DNA of 63,637 nucleotides, counting the filler, from Bacteriovoracaceae bacterium (GTDB lineage: Bacteria; Bdellovibrionota; Bacteriovoracia; Bacteriovoracales; Bacteriovoracaceae), in NCBI GenBank assembly GCA_018649885.1. It is 6 parts of 6 records of this genome, joined end to end, with 100 filler letters (N's around TTAATTAATTAA, not from the genome) between each part and the next. Parts side by side here need not be neighbours in the genome. Positions count along the whole stretch, not along the records: positions 1 to 24,189 come from JABIHA010000043.1; 5 more parts are not named here. One strand, 5' to 3'. Each line of letters opens with the position of its first letter. Positions within the stretch are counted from its first letter, which is position 1. Made by a program: the position numbers and the translations under genes. Shown here in pieces: positions 10,360 to 20,026 of this stretch. Below the pieces are notes generated by a model. That model was not told where the DNA came from, searched no databases, and worked only from the letters and a program-made list of their open reading frames with translations.

Positions 10360-10823
10360 CAAATTATCTAATAGGTCATTTTAATCTAAAAGTTTATAAG
10401 AGCAGTCACATTCATATTCGTGGTCATCCTCAAATAGCTTGCAAGTCTTTAAGGCCTTAAGCTTTCCTTGAGTTTTGGTACATAATTGTGCTTCTACTTG
10501 AAAGTGAGATATTTCCTTTTCTGGTATTGCGTAAGCCGAAGCCCACTTAGGGCTCGCTATTGAGTATAGAGGAACAGTAAACTCCTCTTTGGTCACTGAA
10601 ATACCCAAAGGCCTGATCTGCGGCAAAGCTTGCTTTCTTCTTTTTCTCTATCAGCTTCACTTCCCCTATATCTTCTACAGAGACTCTCAGAACAACTCCA
10701 GGAAGTTGTGTAAACTCAATGAATGAAAAGATGTGTTGCAAACATTACCGGGAAATGAACAGCACTGTACTTACCTGAAGCCATATTCTTTCTAAACTTG
10801 TAAAAACCGAATGATTAACAAAT

Positions 10824-12002
10824 TTACCGAATTGGTTTTTCTAAGATAATCACAGATTTTTTTTCGGCAAGTCTAGTCTTCATAATTTTTTCAATTTTTT
10901 TAGAAAGAGCGCTGAGTGCTGTTTTCTTGTGGTTTGTGTTGCTCATCAGTGCTAGGACCAGCTTATTCTTGAAGTTGATGGAAAGTTTTGTTTTTGCCTT
11001 TTCTTGTGAACCAGAATGTCCGGCCCTCATTTTTCCACCACTAGCAAAACCATAACCATATTTTATTTTCTTACCATTACCTAGTTTTTTGGGAGTCATA
11101 AGAACTTTGATTGTCTCAGGATTTTCAAAAAATTTATTCTCTAGATGATATGCCCCATATTTAGCTAGATCGTTTACTGAGGAAATAAATCCTCCTCCAG
11201 GCTGCTTCCAAGATATATCTGAATTTGTTCCTTTAATAATCCCAAATACAGGAGCATCAACATAACCTACGGCCCTTCTGGGTATTTTCCTCCATTGATA
11301 GTCAACACGAAGGGTCTTAAGTCCTGCAGGCTTTGCCACAAGCTCAGAGATTAATTTGCCAAATTTCTTGTAAGGTGAAGCCTTAAGCATCACAACTCCC
11401 GCCAAATTATAGCCTACTGTAGTGTAGTGATGCTCTTCACCCGGAAGAGATATCAAGGGATTTTTGGCCCAAAATTTAAGCGCAGACTCAACACCCTTAT
11501 TGGTCTTTGGTGATTTGCTCCAAGATCTAGGTGGGGAGGGATGGGATTTTCCATTTCCATAATGCTGAATTCCAGCAGTATGAGTAAGAAGGTGATGAAG
11601 TGTCATCACATTATCAGTGCTGGGAATTGCCACTAAGTTTTGTTTCCCTTTTCCCTGATAATATTTTTTCGGCATTTTATAGTTTTTATAATAAGTTCTA
11701 ATATCTTCATGAAAATCGATAAGGCCCAGTTCAAACATTCTAACGGCAGCTGTGCCTGTGAGTGTTTTTGAAATGGAGGCCCACCTAAACATAGTCCGCC
11801 TTGGGTCTACTTTAATTTTTTTCTTTTTATTTTCATAACCGTAACCTTTCAGATATACCACTTTTCCATCGTGAACAAGGCCAATACCAAGGCCCACTAA
11901 TTTGGCCGTTTTCATATGGTCCCTGACAACCTTGTCTATTTCTGCATCCCCGAAGGAACAAGAAATAGAATGGATAAAAAGTAGAACTAATAAAGACTTC
12001 AT
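10824..12002 (-). CDS. Serine hydrolase, beta-lactamase/PBP family (class C-like)
   Basis: FRWASISK (SxxK), LLTHTAG, PGEEHHYTTVGY, PGGGFISSV.DL and GHSG motifs; signal peptide. Confidence 0.88.
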   Translation of the reverse strand: MKSLLVLLFIHSISCSFGDAEIDKVVRDHMKTAKLVGLGIGLVHDGKVVYLKGYGYENKKKKIKVDPRRTMFRWASISKTLTGTAAVRMFELGLIDFHEDIRTYYKNYKMPKKYYQGKGKQNLVAIPSTDNVMTLHHLLTHTAGIQHYGNGKSHPSPPRSWSKSPKTNKGVESALKFWAKNPLISLPGEEHHYTTVGYNLAGVVMLKASPYKKFGKLISELVAKPAGLKTLRVDYQWRKIPRRAVGYVDAPVFGIIKGTNSDISWKQPGGGFISSVNDLAKYGAYHLENKFFENPETIKVLMTPKKLGNGKKIKYGYGFASGGKMRAGHSGSQEKAKTKLSINFKNKLVLALMSNTNHKKTALSALSKKIEKIMKTRLAEKKSVIILEKPIR

Positions 12003-12169
12003 TATGGCTCCTAGAATTTTTTACTCAGTAATACCCAAAAATACAGTATGAGAAAGCCGAACCCGAACCAAGACGCAGCACATTAACCATGAAATATAAA
12101 CACCATTTCCCCATAGATACCAGATCTCCCCCCTTATCATATCCCCTCTTTTTTACTAAGATGGCCTTT

Positions 12170-14914
12170 ATGAATTTTGTAGTAGGTCAAAGAGTTATGA
12201 GTCAGGGTGAGCCAGAGCTAGGCCTTGGCCTGATATCAGCAACAGATAAAAGAACCGTCACCGTCGCCTTTCCAGGCCAGGAAAGTATTAGAACTTATGG
12301 CCTAAAATCGGCGCCACTAAAGCGAATGATATTCAGTATTGGAGATGAAATAAGCTCTCGCGAGGGTGTGAGCCTAATTGTCGAAGAGCTTATTGAAGAC
12401 GAGGGCATTTTAATCTATGTAGGCCAGGGAAAGGTCATCGAAGAAACAAAAATCAGTGATGATCTCAATCTTACAAAACCCGAAGAAAAGTTTTTTTCAG
12501 GTCTATTTGAAAGCAGCCAGCTCTACAATATAAGAGTAGACACTCTTAGACAGAAAAAGAATATGGCCCAGTGTTCAGTCAAAGGGCTGATGGGTGGAAG
12601 GATGCAGTTAGTTCCTCACCAACTTTTTGTGGCCTCACAAATATCAAAACGAGATTTTCCACGTGCCCTTTTGGCAGATGAGGTGGGGCTTGGAAAAACA
12701 ATTGAAGCTGGGCTGATTTTGCACAACCTCATTGTCTCTCATAAAATCCATAGCGCCTTAATCATTGTACCAAATTCACTGATGATTCAGTGGTTTGTGG
12801 AAATGAGAAAGAAGTTTAGTTTGGGTTTTAATATAGTGGGAGAGCAGACCCTTGAAGATGAGCTAAACCCATTTGATGCCAGCTCATACATTATTACTGG
12901 CTATGAGTTTTTACTCAACAATGAACATATTTATGACATGGTCATGGAAAAAGACTTTGATATGGTCGTTGTTGATGAGGCCCATAGGGTTAAATGGGAA
13001 AGTGTTGGTGATAACCGTGGACCGCTCCTGCTTGAAAAATTATCAAAGAGCTCGCAAGGCCTTTTACTCCTATCTGCCACGCCTGAATCCCTTGGCCAGG
13101 AATCTCACTTTAATCGCCTGAAGCTTTTGGATCCCCATAAATTTCAAGATTTCACAAAATATAGTGAAGAGTCCAAGAAATTTTATAGATGGGGCCAAAT
13201 GGCCTATAAAATTCAAAATGAAACCAGCTTAACTAACTCAGAAATAAAAGAGCTCACCGACTTTGGCATCGATCCCAACTCAGAAAAAGAGCATGTTCTA
13301 AGAAGCCTCAGTGATCACCATGGGACGGGACGGGTTTATTTTAGAAATACTCGCGCCAGTGTAGACACTGACAATTTATATTTCCCAACAAGAGTCTATC
13401 ACCCACATCGTCTTGATTGCAGTGATGCTAGAAAAATGGCCAAGCTTTCATTTTCTGATCAAAAATACCAAAGTGTTTCTTTTAAATTAAAGCTAGACTG
13501 GCTCATTGTTGATTTTTTGAATTCTCTGAATGGACAAAAAGTACTACTTATTTGCCATTCTAGAAAATCTATTTTGATGATTGAAAAAGCTTTTATAAGA
13601 AATACCAATGCCAAAATAACAACTTTTCATAGTGGGCTTTCTCTAACAGAAAGAGATAGGCAAGCTGCCTATTTTGCAGACCCCGAAGGTGCTCAATTTC
13701 TTCTTTGTACGGAAATTGGATCTGAGGGAAGAAATTTTGAATTTGCCCACAATTTAGTGATGTTTGATGTTCCTACTAGTATTTCTCAACTTGAGCAGCG
13801 AATAGGAAGGCTTGACCGCATTGGCCAAAAAAATGAAGTGAAAATTCACCTCCCCTATATTGATGGAGGCCCAGAGCAATGCCTAATTGATTTTTACCAT
13901 AGCGTACTTGGTGCTTTCGATAAACCATGTGCTGGAGGAGAGAAACTCCTCGAATTGTTTGATGAGCAGTTAGCTAATTTTTCTGAAAATCCTGTAAGTT
14001 ACCTGGCAGAAGGTGCAGAATTTAGAAACAAGGCTTGCGGCGAGTTTAAAAAAATACAATCAGAAATCGAAGGCGGTCGAGATATTTTAGTCGAGCTCAA
14101 TAGTTACCACCATCAAATCTCCTCTCAAATTGTTAAAGATATCACCGAGCGGGAAAATAACACTCTTCTCAAAGAATATATGGAGTCTGTATTTGAAGCA
14201 CTAGGAGTTGAAAGTGATCCACTTGATGACTCGAGCTATTTCATTCACCCCAGTGACAATATGTACGTCCCCCATTTTCCTGAACTTCCGAGCGTTGGAA
14301 CCAGTATCACCTACAACAGACAAAAAGCTCTTCAAAGAGAAGACTTGACCTTTTTGTCTTGGGACCACCCTATGGTGCTGGGGACTATCGAGTTTATCGA
14401 GTCCTCTTTAATAGGCCAAGTGAGCGCCTCAAAATGGGTTGATGAAACGAGAGATGATCTCTATTTTGAGCTAATCTTCACACTAGAGTGTCTGGCCCCT
14501 AAGAAATTTGGTCCTGACAGGTATTTCGCTCCAGAGATTATGAGAGTTTTGATTGATCATCAGGGAAAAGACATCACCAGGTCTCTTCAAAAGATTAAAC
14601 TTGACCAGTTGGTGGGCCCAGCAAATCAGTCTCAGACTGAAAGTCTTTCGAACCTGCCTAAAGATGCACTCAATGCACTTCTTAAAATGGGTAAATCCAT
14701 CGCAGAAAAAAAGGCCAAGCAAATCAGGTCACACTTTTACAAAGAAGTTCAAAAAAGTATCCACCTTGAAAAAGATCGCCTAGAAGGTCTTCTAAAAAAA
14801 GGAGCTGCAATTAGTGAGAAAGAGATTTCTTTTACTAAAGAAAAAGAGAAGGTACTTCTCAGCTCCATTGACTCAAGTATAGTTAAACTTGATGCCATCA
14901 GGGTCATTTTTTAA
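12170..14914 (+). CDS. rapA: RNA polymerase-associated SWI2/SNF2 ATPase RapA
   Basis: N-terminal FVVGQR..EPELGLG, LLADEVGLGKTIEAG, VDEAH, LLSATP, HGTGRVYFRNTR, CTEIGSEGRNF, LEQRIGRLDRIGQ, C-terminal LDAIRVI. Confidence 0.93.
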   Translation: MNFVVGQRVMSQGEPELGLGLISATDKRTVTVAFPGQESIRTYGLKSAPLKRMIFSIGDEISSREGVSLIVEELIEDEGILIYVGQGKVIEETKISDDLNLTKPEEKFFSGLFESSQLYNIRVDTLRQKKNMAQCSVKGLMGGRMQLVPHQLFVASQISKRDFPRALLADEVGLGKTIEAGLILHNLIVSHKIHSALIIVPNSLMIQWFVEMRKKFSLGFNIVGEQTLEDELNPFDASSYIITGYEFLLNNEHIYDMVMEKDFDMVVVDEAHRVKWESVGDNRGPLLLEKLSKSSQGLLLLSATPESLGQESHFNRLKLLDPHKFQDFTKYSEESKKFYRWGQMAYKIQNETSLTNSEIKELTDFGIDPNSEKEHVLRSLSDHHGTGRVYFRNTRASVDTDNLYFPTRVYHPHRLDCSDARKMAKLSFSDQKYQSVSFKLKLDWLIVDFLNSLNGQKVLLICHSRKSILMIEKAFIRNTNAKITTFHSGLSLTERDRQAAYFADPEGAQFLLCTEIGSEGRNFEFAHNLVMFDVPTSISQLEQRIGRLDRIGQKNEVKIHLPYIDGGPEQCLIDFYHSVLGAFDKPCAGGEKLLELFDEQLANFSENPVSYLAEGAEFRNKACGEFKKIQSEIEGGRDILVELNSYHHQISSQIVKDITERENNTLLKEYMESVFEALGVESDPLDDSSYFIHPSDNMYVPHFPELPSVGTSITYNRQKALQREDLTFLSWDHPMVLGTIEFIESSLIGQVSASKWVDETRDDLYFELIFTLECLAPKKFGPDRYFAPEIMRVLIDHQGKDITRSLQKIKLDQLVGPANQSQTESLSNLPKDALNALLKMGKSIAEKKAKQIRSHFYKEVQKSIHLEKDRLEGLLKKGAAISEKEISFTKEKEKVLLSSIDSSIVKLDAIRVIF

Positions 14915-14948
14915 TTTGCATTCGCACCGGCCGTGTATAAAATAAACT

Positions 14949-15863
14949 GTGATTACATTTCTTAAAAATTTTCTCATTGCTCTGACAATGGTTGTCCTCC
15001 TGCTTATTGGTTGGTTTTTCATACATATTTTGCAACTCCTCTCCCTAACAACTGGTATTTTGGGAAAAAATACTTATAGAAAAATCAACCGTACACTTAC
15101 TTCATGGTGGTGGGAGCTTCCTCTATTTTGTGTCATTAACCTGAGAGGCCTAGAATTTGAAATTTCAGGGGATACAATTGGAGAAGATGAAAAAATCATT
15201 GGCATTTGCAACCATCAGTGTGGAGCAGATATCCCACTTCTTCTCATATTAGCAAAGAAATCTAAAAGACTTGGTGATATTAAGTGGTTTATAAAAAATA
15301 TTCTCAAATTCATTCCCATTATTGGCTGGGGACTAACCTTTCTAGATTGTCTCTTTGTAAAAAGAAATTGGAATAGTGATAAAAGTTTAATATTAAAAAC
15401 CTTTAGAAAATTAAAGGTCTATCCTTTTCCATTTTGGCTCTTCTTCTTTCCCGAAGGCACAAGGGTAACGCCTAAAAAATTAAAACAATCCCAAGCCTAT
15501 GCAGTTGAGAACTCACTACCGAGTCTTGACCATGTACTTCTTCCCAAGAGCAAGGGTTTTAGTTCATCTGTTTTATCACTCTACGATCATATTGATGCCA
15601 TAGTGGACTGTACTATTGTTTTCAAACCTGGACCCCCTAGCCTTGCTCAGCTTTTTTTAGGAAAGTGTGATGGAGCTGTGATTATTGTAAAAAGGTACCC
15701 CATCAAAGAGCTGCCAAAAGATGAACAACTTCTTGGTAAGTGGCTCGTAAGTAAATTTGTGGAAAAAGATGAATTGATTAAAAAAATAAAAAATTACCAC
15801 AGAGATAGATATACTGATCCCTGTTTGGATTTCAAGTGTGTGGATGACGAAGAAGGCGTGTAG
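14949..15863 (+). CDS. Lysophospholipid acyltransferase family protein (PlsC/YihG-like)
   Basis: NHQ..AD, KWFIK, FVKRNW, FPEGTR and HVLLPKSKG motifs; the last ~17 codons come from the ERIC-like element. Confidence 0.88.
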   Translation: MITFLKNFLIALTMVVLLLIGWFFIHILQLLSLTTGILGKNTYRKINRTLTSWWWELPLFCVINLRGLEFEISGDTIGEDEKIIGICNHQCGADIPLLLILAKKSKRLGDIKWFIKNILKFIPIIGWGLTFLDCLFVKRNWNSDKSLILKTFRKLKVYPFPFWLFFFPEGTRVTPKKLKQSQAYAVENSLPSLDHVLLPKSKGFSSSVLSLYDHIDAIVDCTIVFKPGPPSLAQLFLGKCDGAVIIVKRYPIKELPKDEQLLGKWLVSKFVEKDELIKKIKNYHRDRYTDPCLDFKCVDDEEGV

Positions 15864-15914
15864 CACACGAAGGTGAGGAATACGCCACTTGAAATCCAAA
15901 CTGGGATCAGTATA
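15810..15914. repeat. ERIC/RPE-like palindromic element (MITE-like)
   Basis: 29-bp inverted repeats at 15810-15838 and 15886-15914 (one mismatch), TATAC...GTATA termini, internal TTCAAG/CTTGAA. Confidence 0.8.
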
Positions 15915-15942
15915 AGGCAGGTTACCTCTGCGGCCTTCTTAA

Positions 15943-16323
15943 TTAGGGTTGCACGCAAAGACACTTAAATTTTATTTTACGGTGAACCTGTCCATTAGGT
16001 GTTGAAACCATGCATACCTTATTTCTTGCAGCTGAGCTAAAGTTATTTCCATACAACTCGCCTTTTGCGAGAGGTACAGAACTCACCTCTTTAGCTTTAC
16101 AGACATAGGTGTACTTGTTTCCCAGTGCCGGCATTTTAAATTTTTCAAACTCAGAGGTTCCCCCATGGGCCCTTCGACATACAACGCTACAAGGCGTCGC
16201 ATTTGACTTAAACCACCCAACTTTTTTACCTTGATAAAAACCATCTTGAATGGGATTGGCAAAGACCTGTGAGCTTAAAGCAAAAACTAGACCTGGGAGC
16301 ATTAGATTTCTTACGTTTTTCAT
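15943..16323 (-). CDS. Small secreted Cys-rich protein
   Basis: AAGGAG RBS, signal peptide ending VFA, six Cys in the mature part. Confidence 0.75.
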   Translation of the reverse strand: MKNVRNLMLPGLVFALSSQVFANPIQDGFYQGKKVGWFKSNATPCSVVCRRAHGGTSEFEKFKMPALGNKYTYVCKAKEVSSVPLAKGELYGNNFSSAARNKVCMVSTPNGQVHRKIKFKCLCVQP

Positions 16324-16553
16324 TTCTTCTCTCCTTAGTATGAAATTCATTTTCAATCTGTGGAAAGTTAAAATGCATAATACATGCCAATAATCATTTT
16401 TAAAGACAGATCCTCAAGACCCCATTAATAAAGTTAATAGATGAAAAATTGCTTATTGGTTTAATAGTACTTTAAAGCACCTTGCAAATAGTCATTAGTC
16501 AAAATGACACTTACAGTGGCGCTTTGCAGCAATGGAATTATAGATAGTTTTTC

Positions 16554-17396
16554 TTATGAATCGATTCCTAGAAGCAATTTTCTTCCCGAATCCATCAGCT
16601 CCCTTATTGTTTGTTTAAGGGCCCTTTTTACTCCACGTTCATAACTTTCAAAATCACCACTTTTTTCAATGAATAAAAAGGCCTGCCTTTCCATCATTTC
16701 CAATAGGTCAGAGCGCTCTGCTTGTGAAGACATCATCACCACAGGAATTCTAATGCCTAGGTTATTCAAATAGTCTAGCAGCTGAATTCCATTATCCTCA
16801 GGCATCCGAAGATCACATAAAATGGCATGTACTTCATTGGTCTTTAATATATTCATGGCATCATCAACACTTCCTACACCGTGAATATTATAGTTGGAAC
16901 GAAAATGTAAGCTGAGGGCCTTTACCATGACCTCATCATCATCGACGATCAAAAGGGAAGCCTTTGAAGGTGATAGTATTCTCTTTTTTTCACTCGGCTC
17001 ACTCTGCTCATTCTGCTCATTCTGCTCATTCTGCTCACTCTGCTCATTCTGCTCACTCGTAGAGGCTGGCGTTTTCACTATATCAGCAGCTGAATTGAGA
17101 AAGTTCCGAACACTATCAAGACTCCCTAAAAAATCTTCCGCTTCAGCAGATGCCATAGACTCACTTTCTTGAAAAGTTTTAAATTTGTCTTCCAGCCGGT
17201 GGATCTCTTTTACAGCCTCAGAATAGCCAAACATCCCAAGTGAACCTTTAAGTGAGTGAAGCGAGTTAAAAATCTGCTGCTGAACTTCAACAAATTTGTC
17301 ACAATCACCTTCAATTTGAAGTAATAATTTTTCTGCAATATCAATTAATTCATTGGCATCACATATAAATTCTTCCAAAAACTCATCTGTTTGCAT
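16554..17396 (-). CDS. Hpt + receiver-domain signalling protein
   Basis: CheA-P1-like Hpt (EEF..A.EL, FNSLHSLKG, H.LED) and REC domain (LLIVDDD, CDLRMP, VMMS, IEK). Confidence 0.85.
   Translation of the reverse strand: MQTDEFLEEFICDANELIDIAEKLLLQIEGDCDKFVEVQQQIFNSLHSLKGSLGMFGYSEAVKEIHRLEDKFKTFQESESMASAEAEDFLGSLDSVRNFLNSAADIVKTPASTSEQNEQSEQNEQNEQNEQSEPSEKKRILSPSKASLLIVDDDEVMVKALSLHFRSNYNIHGVGSVDDAMNILKTNEVHAILCDLRMPEDNGIQLLDYLNNLGIRIPVVMMSSQAERSDLLEMMERQAFLFIEKSGDFESYERGVKRALKQTIRELMDSGRKLLLGIDS
16997..17058. repeat. 9-bp tandem repeat (~7 units) encoding an (EQN/EQS)n linker
   Basis: GCTCA(T/C)TCT units read directly from the sequence. Confidence 0.9.
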
Positions 17397-17397
17397 C

Positions 17398-18972
17398 CTA
17401 TTCCTTTTTAGAATTTAATGGTGAAATTGGTATGGAAATGGTAAAGCTGGCTCCCTCGCCTAGGGTAGACTCGACACTTAGTTTCCCTCCACTATTTTCA
17501 ATTGCATCCTTGGAAAGTGATAGTCCAAACCCCGAACCTTCATCACTGTCCTCAGTATCAATTGTGTAAAATGGGCAAAAAATATCTTCTAGCTCTTCTT
17601 GACTAATACCACACCCATTATCCGAAATACTTATATTTAAATTCGTTTCACTCTTTGACAAGTCAATGGATAGTATTCCTTTAACTTTTTTAGCTTTCTT
17701 GATGGCCTTAAGAGCATTGTGAACAATATTTAAAATGGCCGTCTCAAGAGTTTCCTGAGAAAAGCTAACGAAAGCCTCGTTAAGTCCAGTATCATTTGTG
17801 AAGATAATCTTGGTTTTCTCAGAGTTAACTTCACTCGCAATTATTTCTAGTAACTCATTAATAATTTTTAAGACATCAATATCAATCACCAACTGGGAGT
17901 TTTCAATTCTATACATTCTATAGATATTTCTTACCACTCTCGAAATACCATCGATATTTGTTTCGATACTATCAAACAAATCCGCTAAATCTTCATTATT
18001 CTTTACTTCTTCCCGCTCCTTTAGAACAGTCACCATCAAACCTAGACTTGCTAGAGGGCCTTTAACATCGTGAGCAATTGAAGTTGAAAGAGAGTTGAGC
18101 CTATTAATTTTAGATAAGTGAGTAAGTCTTTTTTGAACGGCCTTGAGGTTTCGATCACTTTGAGATTTTTGCTCCTGGCTTAGCTCCATTTCCTCTATTA
18201 AGTGATTTATATTTTGCCCAATTGAAAAAAAAGAAATGGGCCTGCCCTTTCCATCAAGCAGTGGAATGATTGTCATAAAGCTCCAGTAAAAGGAATGGTC
18301 TTTTCGCTTATTTTTTAATTCCCCCTGCCATACACCGCCTCTCAAAACGGTGCTCCATAGATCTTTAAAAACACTTTTTGGGTGATGCCCTGAATTCAAA
18401 ATCCGAAGATTTTGACCTAACACTTCTTCCTTTTTATAAAATGTTTCATCTAAAAAGGTCTGGTTGGCAAAAATAATGTCACCTTTAATATCGGTAACTG
18501 AGACCATAAAATAGCTATCAACAGAATTTCTGTAGTAATCAATTCTATTATCTCTATAGATGCCTCCACTCATAGATTTAGTAGAGGATATATTTTCTTT
18601 GGCATGCTTACGGCTCATAATAGAATTAAGTGTCACTAAGAATTGATTTTTATTTATAGGTTTAAGTAAAAATGCGCTGGCACCTACTTTCCCTATGTTT
18701 TTGCAAATTTTTTCATCTGAATAAGCTGTGACAAATACAATATCTATATCTAGTACCTTGTTTATATAATTTGCTAAATCTATACCCGTCTTTTCTCCGC
18801 CCAGTTTGATATCCAGAACTGCAATATCAAAAATAGAATGTTCAAGAATTTGTTTAGCCGTTTCATAGTCCTTAGCGTGAACAACAGTAGAGTCGATGAA
18901 TTCTTGTTTTATATCTTTAGTTAAGTCTGCAAGGACAATTGGATCATCCTCTACAATAAGCAAGTTCATCAA
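17398..18972 (-). CDS. Hybrid REC-PAS-histidine kinase
   Basis: REC (IVEDD, LDIKL, TAY, LKP), PAS/PAC (TDIKGDII.AN, WQGELKN..KD), HisKA (IAHDVKGPL), HATPase (N, DNGCG, F.PF, GSGFGL). Confidence 0.92.
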   Translation of the reverse strand: MMNLLIVEDDPIVLADLTKDIKQEFIDSTVVHAKDYETAKQILEHSIFDIAVLDIKLGGEKTGIDLANYINKVLDIDIVFVTAYSDEKICKNIGKVGASAFLLKPINKNQFLVTLNSIMSRKHAKENISSTKSMSGGIYRDNRIDYYRNSVDSYFMVSVTDIKGDIIFANQTFLDETFYKKEEVLGQNLRILNSGHHPKSVFKDLWSTVLRGGVWQGELKNKRKDHSFYWSFMTIIPLLDGKGRPISFFSIGQNINHLIEEMELSQEQKSQSDRNLKAVQKRLTHLSKINRLNSLSTSIAHDVKGPLASLGLMVTVLKEREEVKNNEDLADLFDSIETNIDGISRVVRNIYRMYRIENSQLVIDIDVLKIINELLEIIASEVNSEKTKIIFTNDTGLNEAFVSFSQETLETAILNIVHNALKAIKKAKKVKGILSIDLSKSETNLNISISDNGCGISQEELEDIFCPFYTIDTEDSDEGSGFGLSLSKDAIENSGGKLSVESTLGEGASFTISIPISPLNSKKE

Positions 18973-19500
18973 TTACTCTCTTTTTACCTGCACAAAGTTC
19001 TTAATTTTCTTTCACCTTTATTCGTCAAAACTAAGGCTTATCTCAATAAGGTTAAGATTTTTTAAGCTCTTCCTAGAAGCAACAGAGCTGTCTAAGAAAA
19101 CTTTTTGTATCTCACAATTTAGTAATGATAGAGGCACTTTAGCAAGATTTGAACCCAACTTCTGACAAAAGAGTTCAACCACCTTATATCCAAAACCATT
19201 CGATTTACTTGACCTAGCTGCTTTTCTAAAAAAAGGCCCTGTACCCAGCGATAATATATTTATGATATTTAACAAAACTAGAGTTTGCCATAATCTGATT
19301 GCTTTAAATGAGGTTTCAATTAAGATCTCCTGAAGTTATTGTCATAAAATTAAGAATAGTTCGCAAAAGCTAATTTGGGTCACAGTATTTACGGTGTGCG
19401 GTGCACAATGGGCCATCCACTAAATGTAATATATACAAATTTATTCTGCCCCAGTGACAGATAGATCGAGCATGGTAGAGCTAAAAAATCTAGGAGAATA

Positions 19501-19822
19501 TATGAAAACCCAATTGGCCTTAAATGTAGTATTGGCCCTTTTAATCTTATCAATTAGTGTAAGCGCATTTTCTTGTGATCAAAATGAACTTTTGGTTTAT
19601 TCAGGAGCTGTAGAACCCGTTAGCAAAGCTGATTGCACAGTTAAATTGAAAAGCGTTTCCAGAGCAAGTCACAGTATGGTGTGTCCGCTTTTTTTGGAAA
19701 TTGCTTTTATCAGCACTATCAAATTAAATAAAACTCAATGTGCTGAAGTCTATGAATCTATGGAAATTTATGGAATTTTAATTCAAAAAGATGAAAGTAG
19801 AATAATTACTCTTGAGCAGTAG
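19501..19822 (+). CDS. Secreted hypothetical protein
   Basis: AGGAG RBS before the ATG at 19501, signal peptide, four Cys. Confidence 0.7.
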
Positions 19823-19828
19823 TAACCA

Positions 19829-20026
19829 TTTGCGGCCCTTGCTGTTTCGGCGCAAACAAAATCAACAGGTAGTGTTCTAGTCGGCACAGTACTAGCTCTT
19901 GCTGTGGCAGGTGCAATGGGTGTAGGGTTAGGAAGTTTACTTGGACAAAATATAGATCCCCAAAAAATGAAGTATATTTCAGGATGTGCTTTTATTTTTA
20001 TGGGAGATTGGATTCTTTTTAGGTAA
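19829..20026 (+). pseudogene. 5'-truncated TMEM165/GDT1 (UPF0016) family gene
   Basis: Frame without a start reads FAALAVSAQTKSTGSVLVGTVLALAVAGAMGVGLGSLLGQNIDPQKMKYISGCAFIFMGDWILFR*, the part of UPF0016 proteins that follows the missing ELGDKTQ motif. Confidence 0.65.

Noticed and set aside
10381..10790. Overlapping short minus-strand ORFs that may be a degraded gene
   Set aside because: No recognisable family and no single frameshift that convincingly joins them.
10824..12002. Calling the serine hydrolase a true AmpC beta-lactamase
   Set aside because: It has SxxK, but YTT and HSG in place of YxN and KTG. The family includes many esterases and peptidases, so resistance is not supported.
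19018..19275. 85-aa ORF upstream of the hybrid kinase
   Set aside because: No RBS or motif; possibly a remnant, but not supportable.
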